A stretch of 50,531 nt of DNA from Octopus bimaculoides (taxonomy: Eukaryota): positions 15,097,557 through 15,148,087 of the forward strand of contig NC_068990.1 in assembly GCF_001194135.2 (NCBI RefSeq), read 5' to 3'. Shown here piece by piece: positions 24,939-37,704 of this stretch. A program made the translations under genes and the position numbers. The notes under the pieces are model-generated. The model did not search any database and was not told where the DNA came from. It saw only the letters and a program-made list of their open reading frames with translations. How positions within the stretch are numbered: position 1 is the first letter of the stretch; each line of letters opens with the position of its first letter.

Positions 24939-27900
24939 ATTGTCCAAGGTTCCACAGAAGCAGACTGAACCCAAACCATGTAATTGAGAAGTTTTTTGTA
25001 GCTGCACAACCATGCCTGAACCTTTCACTACATCACTGCCCATCACAGGTGGGGGAGATAAGTGGAAAATTAAATTATAATGAATACATAAAACATATAT
25101 AACAACTATGTTGTAGAAGAGTTATAATAATGATTTAAACATACACACACACGCACACACCATAATATTCACTTTGTTTTAATGTTAATAGTCTTGTATA
25201 ATATAAAGTGTAAAGAAATATTTGCCAAGTCATCTATAAACTGGTCAGTGACACTATGAGAGAGTGTGGGATATATTTAGTATTAGTCAAAACTTTGGAT
25301 ACACATGAGTGAATATCTGTCTTAAAGCTATTTTAAACTAAAACTTTATTACTAAAATTTTGAAGGAAAAAAATTGTTTGAAAGACAAATGTAAATTTAG
25401 ATAATCCCAGTAAATATGTTTCATTTCAAACCAAAAATGTTCACTTTTTAGGGTAGAGTTATCTTGTATGGTGACCAATTTGGCTTAAAGAATAGAAGAC
25501 TATTCCCCAACAGGGCTACCCATTTACAACTGGGTGGATTGGTGCAACATGAAATGAAGCGTTTTGCTCGAGAACACAATACACCACCCAGTCCAGGAAT
25601 CAAGCCTGCGATTTAGCAATCGTAAGTGCAACACCATAACTACTAGGCCACGTGCCTTCACAGTATCAGTAACGGCAGTTTTGAATTACTGACAAACCAC
25701 AACAGAAGCAGGTTTTCCAACATTTGAAAACTGCATCAACTACTCTATTGTAAAACTAGCAGAAAGGGCAAGGAAGGTTGGTAAATGTCAGCCTATGATA
25801 ATCTAGGAAAACAGCAAGAATAGCTCAACTATGGAGAGAGAAACACAAAGCTATTCTCATTTTAAAATGCAAAGGTCAGTCAACCAATTCATTTATTTTA
25901 AAAAATGTGAAGTTTTTAAGCAGTCACCAAAATTAAAGTTTTTCTTATAGGTTATGTTCAAATCATTTGTACATACGCTTTGTAACAAACGTACTAAAAA
26001 GTGTTAAATTCTACACAAAATAAAAATGATATACATTTGTTTGAAACCAGATCAAAGTTCACAGGCTTCTTGCACAATTTTACCTTATCAGGTAATCATA
26101 CAAATTTAATTTAGGGTGTAGCCTCAAATTATCTTATTCTCAGATTTCCAACAGACAGAGCTGTATAAACAAACATTACTGTGTCTGACCAACTGTCTTT
26201 AAATAGTGTATCTATCAATTCTGTGTTGAAACCTCATAGAAAATGAACTTGTTTTCTCATCCTTCTAGAAAGGATAAAAATAAATAACAGCCTTGTAACA
26301 GAAGCCAACACAATCAACTCTACCATTTCCCTACAAATGTTCAATCTTGTGTTAACCCTTTAGTGTTCAGACCAGCCAAAAACCAGCCAAAAATTCCCCA
26401 TTATTTATTTGAACTGGCCAAATCCAGTCGTATCTGATTCTTCTACGAAATAATAAACAAATCACGTTACTGGATTCTCGTAGCTTCAAGATATGAGATA
26501 AAGCCTTTCCTGCTTTTATTCAAGTAAAAATATCATGAAATTTTTTATACCTTTTGGTTTTACCTATGTTTGAAGAGAAGTGAAAATCTTAGTTTTTAAC
26601 GATATGACATCAGAAAGTAAGGATTCCAACTCTGAAGGTTTTACTGATGATGATGTACAAAATATAAACAAAAACAACAGTGATTTGTCTTTGGATGAAG
26701 CTGATATTTATGAATCTTCTTCAGATGAGCAATATCTTGATAATGAAAATAATATTATTTACATTTGACGGATATTTGTCAAATGTAAATAAGGCTGGAG
26801 GGTATATCAGCCGAAACGTTGTGTTAACAACAAACAAGATGAGGACAAATATCCGTCAAATGTAAATAATGTTAATAATTCCTCATCTCTTAAATATAGA
26901 ACTGAATAAAAATAATATTGAAAACATTACGGCAATATGGCTGAAGATTACTACATCAACCACAATTCCCGATTTGACAAAAAAGACTGGTCAACAACAC
27001 AATCTATTTCCTGATGCTCAACCACTGGATTATTTATTTTCATTTTTTTAGTGAAAAGTTTTTTTGAAACGGTTGCAGAAGAAACAAATAAATATGCTCA
27101 ATGCATAATTTCTATTTGTAGAAGACCTGATCCACTATGGCAGCCAACTAATACTGCAGAAATATGAGCTTTTTTTTTTTTTACTATAAACATTATGTTT
27201 GGTATCAAGCTGCTTCCTCGACTGTGGAACTACTGGAGTCCTGATATAAGGTATGGTGATCCACATACCTCCAGTATTCTGTCTAACAACTATAGTTAAT
27301 TCATATATTGTTTATATAAAAAGACACAAGATACTTCCACCACTAAAGGACTATGACCATTTGAAATTTCGGGTTGACATCACATCTCAGTTACATGAGA
27401 GCATCTCTTCCAGAAAGCACAGAACTGGGAGAAAAGCAAAATTAACTGAGGTGGATGTCAGAGAAAATATTGACTTCCATAAAGTGGAAAAAATAAATGG
27501 AAGGAAAATAGTTTGCAGATTGTGTTCGCAGCAAAAAATGAAAATTGCAAAAAGATATCAGGTCAAGACTTCATATATGTATTTGTTTTGCAAAGTGCCC
27601 TTGTATAAAGAGCGCATTGGACAGTTTCATGATAGAAATAGGGCATAACTATATTTTGTTGGTTGATTGGAATACTTTCATATATTCCTTTCATTTTATT
27701 ACGAATATGTGAAAGTGAGAAATGCATATTAATTTTCAGTATGTTACACACCAGCATTTACCTTTGTCTTACCTGTTAATGAGCTTTTTTTATTAGATGC
27801 ATTTTGTTATGTAAATGTATTCATTAAATTGTATAAGAGTACATAGCCAATGGTTTATTGACTAGTAAAAGAGATTTGTACTTTATTTTCAATGAAAATG

Positions 27901-30900
27901 TTTGAATGAAATATAGAGAAAGAATAAAATCTTGTACTGATTATACCTGTATTTTAATTAATTCAAATTAATGTACTTCATCTTGAAAAATTACAAAATT
28001 GTTAGCAGTTGACATCTGGGATAGTTTTAGTACCAAATCAAACAGGTAAGCTGCATTAAGGATTGCAATTTTAGTGTTTATCCATAATGTTATTGCTTTT
28101 ACAGCTGTTAATTAAATTTACCTGCCCATAAAAGTCAAATTTAATCAGAAAGATCAGCTAAAATTACATAACTATAAACCACTGGTATATAAGCACCCAC
28201 TGACAAAATTTCAAATCTGTATGTAGAAGAATTGAAGTTACAAGCAAATATTGTGGACACCCCACTTGAACCTGAGTAATTCAAAATTATGCGAACAAAT
28301 AAGCATTACATTTGACAGATTAATCTGAACACCAAAGGGTTAATGTAAGAAATTAATTTTGCATGTAATCAGGTTCACGTGCAGATAAGAATTCAGAGGA
28401 CGCATTGTTTAAGAAGACACACAAATAAAACATATCAAATATGAAGCAGAAAGTGTTGCTCATGAAGGTTGTCAGAAGTAAGGGTAAAGTAAAAGTTTTT
28501 TTCTGCTGGAGACAACAGGTTTTTTAGAGTTGTAAGCTTTTAACAGAAATTAGAATTTTAACAATTAATAAACATGCACACACAAACTGGTTCTATTTCA
28601 CTTCTTTTTTTATTATCATAGCAGCAAGCACCAGACAAAATGCTTAGTGGTATTTTGGCCATCATTGCGTTCTGAGTACAAATTCCGCCAAGGTCAACTT
28701 TACTTTTCATCTTTTCGGGGTCGATAAAATAAGTACCAGTTGAACACTGGGGTCGATGTAATTGACTCATCCCCTCCCTCAAAATTGCTGCCCTTGTGCC
28801 AAAATTTGAAACCATTATCATTATTAAGGCAGCAAGCTGGCAGAAATGTTAGCAAACTGGATAAAATGCTCAGCAGTATTTTGCCTGTTGCTACATTCTG
28901 ACTTACAATTCTGCCGAGGCCGACTTTTCCTTTCATCCTTTTGAGGGTCAATAAATTAAGTACCCATGAAACACTGGGGTCGATGTCATCAACTAGTCCC
29001 CTTCCCACAAATTTCAGGCGTTGTCCCTTTAGTAAAAAGGATTATTATCATTATTAGTCAAGTGGCTAACCATTTAACCAATTAACTAATCAAGTGCTTG
29101 ATTAACTGTATGGTCAATCAATCGATCAACTAAATTAGTCAGTCTCTTTGTCATTCACATCCTCACCCATGCCTGAATGATTCATCAAACAATTAGTTAA
29201 TTGGTTTACTAACTGACCAGTAATAATAATAAAAGAAGTGAAATAGATCCAGTGCCTGTGTTTATTATTGGCATAATGACACCCCCAAGATACAATAAAA
29301 TCAGCTTCAACACATGAGTCCACATCAAGAAAATTACAAACCAAAAACAAAAATGTGGAATTTTAATAATTCTTCAGATTATATCACATTAAATCTAAGC
29401 AGCTTACACACACATCTCAATATAAGGCGTTCAAATAAACTGTGCACATCAGACAGATAATCTTGGTTGGTATGCATTTTGTTGAAATGTTATTTACAAT
29501 GGAACAAGCCAAAAGATACTTTCTTAATGAGAGGATTATTTGGAAAAGGAGAAAGACGAGTTCTGCAGCAGATGTTCTGATCTACATAGAAATAACAGAA
29601 AAGAGCTGGACTGTTATCAAAGTAAAAAAAGATGTTTACTTTAACCCTTTTGAAACTAACGTTCCTGAAATCACCTTTGGTCCTGTGATACAAACTCCTT
29701 GTTGAAAATTATCTAAATTAAAGCTTTTCATTAAAACTTCATGCTAATTTATAATCCAAACACCAACTTAATAAAGACAAAGTTATTTTACTAAATTCTT
29801 CGTTCTTCATTATTTTTCATATTATTTGAAACAAAAACAGTGTCTTTCAACAGAAATTTTGGTAACAAAATGGTTAAAGAATTCAAATAATATAAAGGAT
29901 TTTTGAATTTATGAATATTTTTCTTTAAATGCAAAACCTGAAGTGTGTTAGTTCATAAGTTTGAAGCTTATAATATTTCTTTAAAGGATATAAAAAAATT
30001 AAAAAAACTTTAATAAAAATCAAGTGCATACAAACTTTTAACTTATATAATATATTTATGGAATTGTCTGAAGACCAGTGACTGATTCTTTGGCTATTGT
30101 TTACTTGGAATGAAATGGATGATGAGTGACAACCAATGATAAAATGGTCAGGAATAAAGTTGTAGCTTTAAATTTTTCATAAAACCACAACAAATGTGCA
30201 GAAAAAAAAACAAAAAAATAGCTGCAGCCTTACGAATGGGAATGAGGAAAGAATGAAGGAAAAAGAAAGCCATCTGACTTCTTCCTTTATTTCTAAATCC
30301 CCAAACAATCATACCTCTGAGTTTGGGCTTGCAGCAGACTGATCATGAGAAGATGGATTCAGTGGCATATTGATGCTGGAAACAGAAAATTGAAAGAACA
30401 CTAGAAATATGTTCTTTCTTTAAAGGCTATCCAAATGCAAAGCAGTAATTATGTATATACAAACATTAACAATCTTTGGGAAGAACAAATAAAAATTATA
30501 TGGAATTTTAAACTTGATAGTATGATTTTTTTTTGTTCTATTTTTTTTATGATGATTTTTTTTTTTTCGACCATTTTCTTTTGGTAGAAACTAAAATAAT
30601 TGATATGCTCCTCTGATTTTTTCAGAGTTAAATGCTGCCAACCAAGACAATTGATATCCCACCATTGGCCTATATTGTGCGAACAGCAAAAAGTGGTCAG
30701 TGACACCAAGTTGTAAATAGGTATTCCCAGAAAATACATTGCATCGTTGGGGAAGCAATATAAGAATTGTATAATTAATGTTTCATTATTAAGCAGTTCT
30801 GAGAGAGGATCCCCCCCATGAGCAGAAAACAAGGAATTGAGTGGATTCTTGCCTGGGTAGAAAATATTTCTCTGTTGCTCAGTGCACTTAAAAATTGAGA

Positions 30901-31964
30901 GGATCACCTAAAAGCTCTGTCAAACAGTGGAAATGATTTCAGAGAGAGAGAGAGGATGGATAAAAGAAGTTTTTAAATGTACACCTTTTAAAACTTTTCT
31001 CTATGATTCTAAGTTCTAATAAACATTTGAATGTCATAAACCCATACATTGAATTTCATTTACAATAAATACAAAATTGAATTGATTTTTTTTCCTTAAT
31101 GAATATTTCAAGTAAAAAACAAATTTAATCCCAAAGTCAATTCAAAATCACAAAACATGAATATGGTATGATGATAAAGAAAGCCTCACACTAGACCGAA
31201 TAATTTAGTAATTTGGTAGTACTAGATTACCAATCAAGTTATCTGTTTAAACATACCTCAGACATTGTGTTGTGTTATCGGCAAAGAATGAGTTTATTGC
31301 AGATGAATTTTAACAAAATCTTAAGTGGATCCTGGTTGAGAACCACTGCTCTAGATGGAGGTTCAGCTTGCATGAAATAGCAGCCAAATCTCCCTCATAT
31401 TATACTCTACTGTCTTTAAAAAGGAGAACATGTTTGAATAATGTCTTCCAAGTCACGCTGCCTTAAGAAAAATGATGTGATAGTCATGACTTAAAACCAC
31501 TGATCAGGTCTGACCTGGATTTGCTTAATCAGTTTTCTGGATTTGCTTAATCAGATCTGACCCGGATTAACTGACTAACAACATAACATCTTATTTCACT
31601 GCTGAACTTACAATACATTTCACCTATTCTTTGCAGTTATGTATTTAGCAGCAAGACAGACATCTAGCAATGAAAGTCATTCCACAAGGACTGGCATATG
31701 AATATGGATGGAAGGCAGCCAAATGAAATTCAGTGCCTGGTTTCTAAAGTGTAAAAGTTAAATTGAGATTTACCACCGACAGAGTAGAAATAAATATACA
31801 AATAATAAGAATTACGCAGCAAGTGATTAGAAATTACATTTTATCTATCATCTTAAATTTATAAGATCCTCAATTATTTGTCCTACTATTTCAGACATGC
31901 TATTAAAGACTTGCTTAAGAATATTAAAAGGAATTGTTTTACATAACATAAATACACATGTAGC

Positions 31965-32004
<40 letters not shown>

Positions 32005-32619
32005 TAGAGAGAGAGTGTGTGTGTGTGTGTGTGCATGCGCACACACATGTTACTGTCTCCTAGTCTTGACATTACGCAATAGTTGTAAATGGGTGTCGTC
32101 GTCATGCAATCAGTGTTGTTCATTTCTAATCTTTCTTGAAAAAAAAAATGTTTGGCCATAGGGAAATATTACCATACTTGGAAACGGGTAAGGGTCAGAG
32201 ACAGGATGGGCATCTGGCAATAGAAAATCTGCCTTAACAAATTTCATCTAACCCATGCAAGCATGGAAAAGTGGATGTTAAAATAACGATGATGAATACA
32301 GTCTGGGAAAGTCCCAATAACAATGTAAATAAGGGGTTTTAAACATTATTATAAGCTATTATTTATGACTAAATTCACTCTGTGAGACACTGTTAATGAA
32401 GACTTATTTATATATTCCTTGATAATTCATCATTAGTGATTGAGAATATATGTAGCAGCTAATGAATGTTAATTAGCATAACAGTCAGCCAATAGAGAAC
32501 TGGTACATGTTTTGTACAAGTGGAAGTCATTTTATTATTTACACAAGACACCATCAATAATATTTGTCATTCATATACACTGGATGATGACATGATGCAA
32601 TATGCCTAATATGTTCAAT

Positions 32620-32654
<35 letters not shown>

Positions 32655-34692
32655 GTGTGAACATGTGAGCAGAATCTCTAAGAGAAATTTTGCAAGGTGA
32701 AACAAGACTGCTTTCGACATTTCTTTTACCACTTCACAAAATTCAAAAAGGTCATACAGGACTTTTTAGTTCCGTTTTTGAGTAAGAGAATTGTCAGATA
32801 TTTACAAGCCTTTAACTCAATTTTACAAGCCCCAATATAGCTTTGCAGGCCCCTACTGGCTTCTGCTCGGCTCTGCAGAATCCCTACTGGCTTCTACTTG
32901 GCTCTGCAGGATCCCTACTGGCTTCTACTCAGCTCTGTGGGATTCCTACTGGCTTCTATATGGCTCTGCAGGATCCCTACTGGCTTCTACTTGGCTCTGC
33001 AAGATCCCTGCTGCCTTCTACTCGGCTCTGAGGGATCCTACTGGCTTCTGCTCGGCTCTGCGGGATCTCTACTGGCTTCTACTCGGCTCTTCAGAATCCC
33101 TACTGGCTTCTACTCAGCTCTGTGGGATTCTTACTGGCATCTATTCAGCTCTGCGGGATCCCTACTGGCTTCTACTCAGCTCTGCGAGATCCCTACTGGC
33201 TTCTACTCAACTCTGTAAGATCCTATTAGCTCTACACAGCTCTACAAGACCCTACTGGCTTCTACTCAGCTCTACAAGACCCTACTGGCTTCTACTCAGC
33301 TCTACAGTTCCCTACACAAATGTAAAGACCCCTGCCCAGTTTCACAAGTCCCAATCCAGTTCTATGGACCCTTATGTAACTCCCCAACTCAATGTATAAT
33401 CTGAAACTCTACATTCTACAGGCCTTGTGCATGTGTGTGTGTCTTAAGGCATGCTGCAAATTTCAAGCCCAGAGCAAAGTTCACAGATTAAGTTGCATGT
33501 TGTTTTACAAACCCATATTTAAACTTTCAATGAAATCCAACTCATCTACAAATACATACAATACTTTAAATTCTTGATGAACAAAACGCTTCCTTACCTC
33601 TGAAATTCTGGATCATTTGTTGGTGTCGATACCGAATCTTCTTCAGCAAGGCTAATGTGAAGACTATTTAAAAGCATTTCTTCCAAAAACTGACATAAAA
33701 TTGAAATAAACAGATAGTCATTAGCACTTCTATGCTTAAAAAACATGTTTCTCACTTGTATCAATGTATCTTGTACTGCTAATTTAAATTCCTTTTATCA
33801 ATAAAAAATTCTGAAAGTATTTGATACAAAAACTAACAACACATTTCTGAATAATTTTTTGAAAGGCAACTACAGCTCTCTATTTTAAGACATCATCAAC
33901 ATTGTTTTTTAAATTCCATATGAACATGCTGGTATGAGGATGAATAGAAATTCACTAAGGCATATTTCTCTTGTCTTCTCAATCCCCTATCATATTAGGT
34001 GTGGCTGTGTAGTTACGAAGTTTTCTTCGTAATCATGTTGTTCTCAGTTCAATCCTACTGCATGGTAATTTGAATAAGTATCTTGAGGCATAGTTTCAGG
34101 TTCATCCAAGCCATGTAAGTGAAAATGGTAGAGGGAAACCTGTCAGATTGACTGTACCTTTTCGTAAGTAGAAGAGTCGATTTGTTGCTCCGTTTAAAAC
34201 CACCAACTGGCTCTTGGACTCTCTCTCTCTCTCTCTGCGGATTCCATTCTGCTTGTGAACATTCAGACCAGGTGTTCAGTCTGATGATAATCCCTTAGTC
34301 ATGGTTCCTTTCTCCTATTTGCTCCTAGCAGTCTTGGAGGCCCTGCAAAAAAAGCTATGGGTGCTGTCTTTCCTTCTCTGAACAAGGTCACAAAAAAATT
34401 TGTAATTTAAACAATTTGTATGTATATTCCTTCAGTATTTTGGGTCAATGCCAATAATTGTTAAAAAACGAAATACATAAACATATATGTGTGTGCATGA
34501 ATGTATGTATAGTTGTGTGTGTGTATTGGTAAACACAGGCATGGCAGTGTAGATAAGAAATCTGCTTCACAATCACATGGTTTTGAGTTTAGGCCAGCTG
34601 TGCAGAACTTTGGGCATCTGTGTTCTTCTATAGCCCTGGTTTGATCCAGGTCTTAAGAGTTAATCTGGTACAAAGAAAAACTGTACAAATAC

Positions 34693-34749
<57 letters not shown>

Positions 34750-36663
34750 GTGCGTGTGTTGTATGTATGTATCTATCATACTTTCATATCCCTCAAGACT
34801 ATACACCAATCAGTTGAGTTTTGTCTCGATGATCTCACCAGTACTGCTTCCACGAAAAGAGTATCCAGTACACTTTGTGTAAAGTAGCCAACATTAGGAA
34901 CGGCATCCAGCTGTAGAAACCATGCTAAAGCAGACATTGGAGTTTGGTGTGGCCCTCTGGCTTTTCAGTTCATATCAAACCATCCAACCCATGTCCACAT
35001 GGAATAAGGGAAGTTAAATGATGATGATGATGACAGTGATGTTGATACAGATGTGTATGACTGCCTTGCCAAATCTTCCCTCCACCCTTCACTCTCTATC
35101 ACTGATCTGTCCATCACTTGCCAACTGCAGTATTCTGCTGCTGTAAACAAATGAGGGCAGAACTACATATTTTATCACCTTTTCCGTCATACCAAATAAC
35201 TTTCTCACTAACCAAGACCACTTCAATTGACTTCCACGCTTCATTCTTACATTATCCCTCTTCACTCACATCTTACATTGATCACCCAACCCCTTCTATG
35301 CAACCAAATTATCTCTCCTTCTCCATTCAACTATTTCCTGTTGATTTGCACATATCACCATACATTGACGGCATCCAGCTGTAGAAACCATGCCAAATCA
35401 GACTGCAGTCTGGTGCAGCTCCCATTGCTTGCCAGCATTGGTCAAACCATCCAACCCATGCCAGCACGGACAACAGATGTTAAACGATAATCATCTCTCA
35501 CTCTCTTCCCATGCACTATAATCTCTCTCCACACACACACACACTTTCAACCTCTCTTTTCACACTCCTGCAACCTACCGACTCACATCATCTCTTTCTA
35601 TTTATCCAGCTGCTCTTCACCTTCTAGTCATCATCTCTCCCAAACCTTCCATCCAACATACTTTATCATAGACATCTCTCCCACCTTGACACTTGTTCAT
35701 TATTCAGTATATTTGCATCACTACCCTATTTCTTACCATCCCTCACATTCTCCATAAACTTTTACGGCTTATATCCAGCATTCCTTCCTCTTCTTCTGAC
35801 CTGCCAGAGCTCATCCTTACACCTCATCACCACTATCTTTATTTCTCTTTCCAGCTCCACACACTCTTGTATAGTGTGAGCATTCATTTATGTATTGCAA
35901 AACCTGTTCTGGCTCCTCCATTCACACTCTTAACTATTCAACACCTAAGATAAAACTGCCTCCCTCAGCTGATGGAGATCTTAATCTTTTGAGCTACATA
36001 GCAACGTCACTTGTGCTGGTACCATGAAAAACTACCCAGGACACTATGGAAAGTGGTTGATGGCAGGAAGGGTATCCAGTCATAGAAACCATGTCAAAGC
36101 AGACACTGGAACAAGACGCAGCACTCTGAACCATTGGATCCTGTTATTCAAGCCCGTGCCAACATAGAAGATGGACATTAAAAGAACATCATGGATCATC
36201 ATTTAACATCTGTTTTCCATGCTGGATGGTTTGACAAGAGTTGGTAAAGCTGGAGGATGCGTTAGGTTCCATTGTCTATTGTGGCATGGTTTCTACTGTT
36301 GGATGCCCTTCCTAACACCAACCACTTTACAAAGTGTGTTGGGTGCTTTTTATGTGGCACCAGCAATGTGAATGTGTGTATGTGTTTGTGAGTGTATACG
36401 TGCATGTGTGTGACTGCTTACATTCTGCAACTGCTGAGCTGCGGACAGTGTTCTGTATTGTCATTTCTGTCAAGAAATTGCCTGGTAGCTTTATGCTTTC
36501 AGAAAGGAGTGGAATGAAAAGATCTTTACTTGAAAACCAGTAAGGGCTAGGAGCAGCTGTACAGCAATGCCTCAACAAGATGTAGTAGTCAAATCAATGC
36601 TAACATAGAAAAATGTATGTAAAACAAATGAACAAATGATATACAAAGATATATATATATATA

Positions 36664-36705
<42 letters not shown>

Positions 36706-37656
36706 GAATAATAATAAATGGAGCAAAACGCATATAATCAATAAGCTCCATTTATTATTATTCTTTATATCAACTCAAAATACATCACTTTAACATGGAA
36801 TTTCTAACCCTTAACCGGGTGTAATATCCCAGATTTTGTGAGATTTTTGCTACCGTGGTAACTATTAACATATTTGCATTATCGAAGTTTTTCAACCAAG
36901 ATAATATTAATATATACATAAATAAATAAATATATATATATATATATATATANNNNNNNNNNNNNNNNNNNNNNNNNNNNNNNNNNNNNNNNNNNNNNNN
37001 NNNNNNNNNNNNNNNNNNNNNNNNNNNNNNNNNNNNNNNNNNNNNNNNNNNNNNNNNNNNNNNNNNNNNNNNNNNNNNNNNNNNNNNNNNNNNNNNNNNN
37101 NNNNNNNNNNNNNNNNNNNNNNNNNNNNNNNNNNNNNNNNNNNNNNNNNNNNNNNNNNNNNNNNNNNNNNNNNNNNNNNNNNNNNNNNNNNNNNNNNNNN
37201 NNNNNNNNNNNNNNNNNNNNNNNNNNNNNNNNNNNNNNNNNNNNNNNNNNNNNNNNNNNNNNNNNNNNNNNNNNNNNNNNNNNNNNNNNNNNNNNNNNNN
37301 NNNNNNNNNNNNNNNNNNNNNNNNNNNNNNNNNNNNNNNNNNNNNNNNNNNNNNNNNNNNNNNNNNNNNNNNNNNNNNNNNNNNNNNNNNNNNNNNNNNN
37401 NNNNNNNNNNNNNNNNNNNNNNNNNNNNNNNNNNNNNNNNNNNNNNNNNNNNNNNNNNNNNNNNNNNNNNNNNNNNNNNNNNNNNNNNNNNNNNNNNNNN
37501 NNNNNNNNNNNNNNNNNNNNNNNNNNNNNNNNNNNNNNNNNNNNNNNNNNNNNNNNNNNNNNNNNNNNNNNNNNNNNNNNNNNNNNNNNNNNNNNNNNNN
37601 NNNNNNNNNNNNNNNNNNNNNNNNNNNNNNNNNNNNNNNNNNNNNNNNNNNNNNNN

Positions 37657-37704
<48 letters not shown>

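Noticed and set aside
30449-30907. 152-aa minus-strand ORF
   Set aside because: Low-complexity poly-A/T content, no splice signals or domain
32843-33310. CRISPR-like appearance of about 30-bp repeats
   Set aside because: Units are directly adjacent with no unique spacers, the context is eukaryotic, and no cas genes are present
32791-33399. 202-aa ORF with repetitive W/L/S content
   Set aside because: Produced by the 31-bp tandem repeat; no domain or splice support
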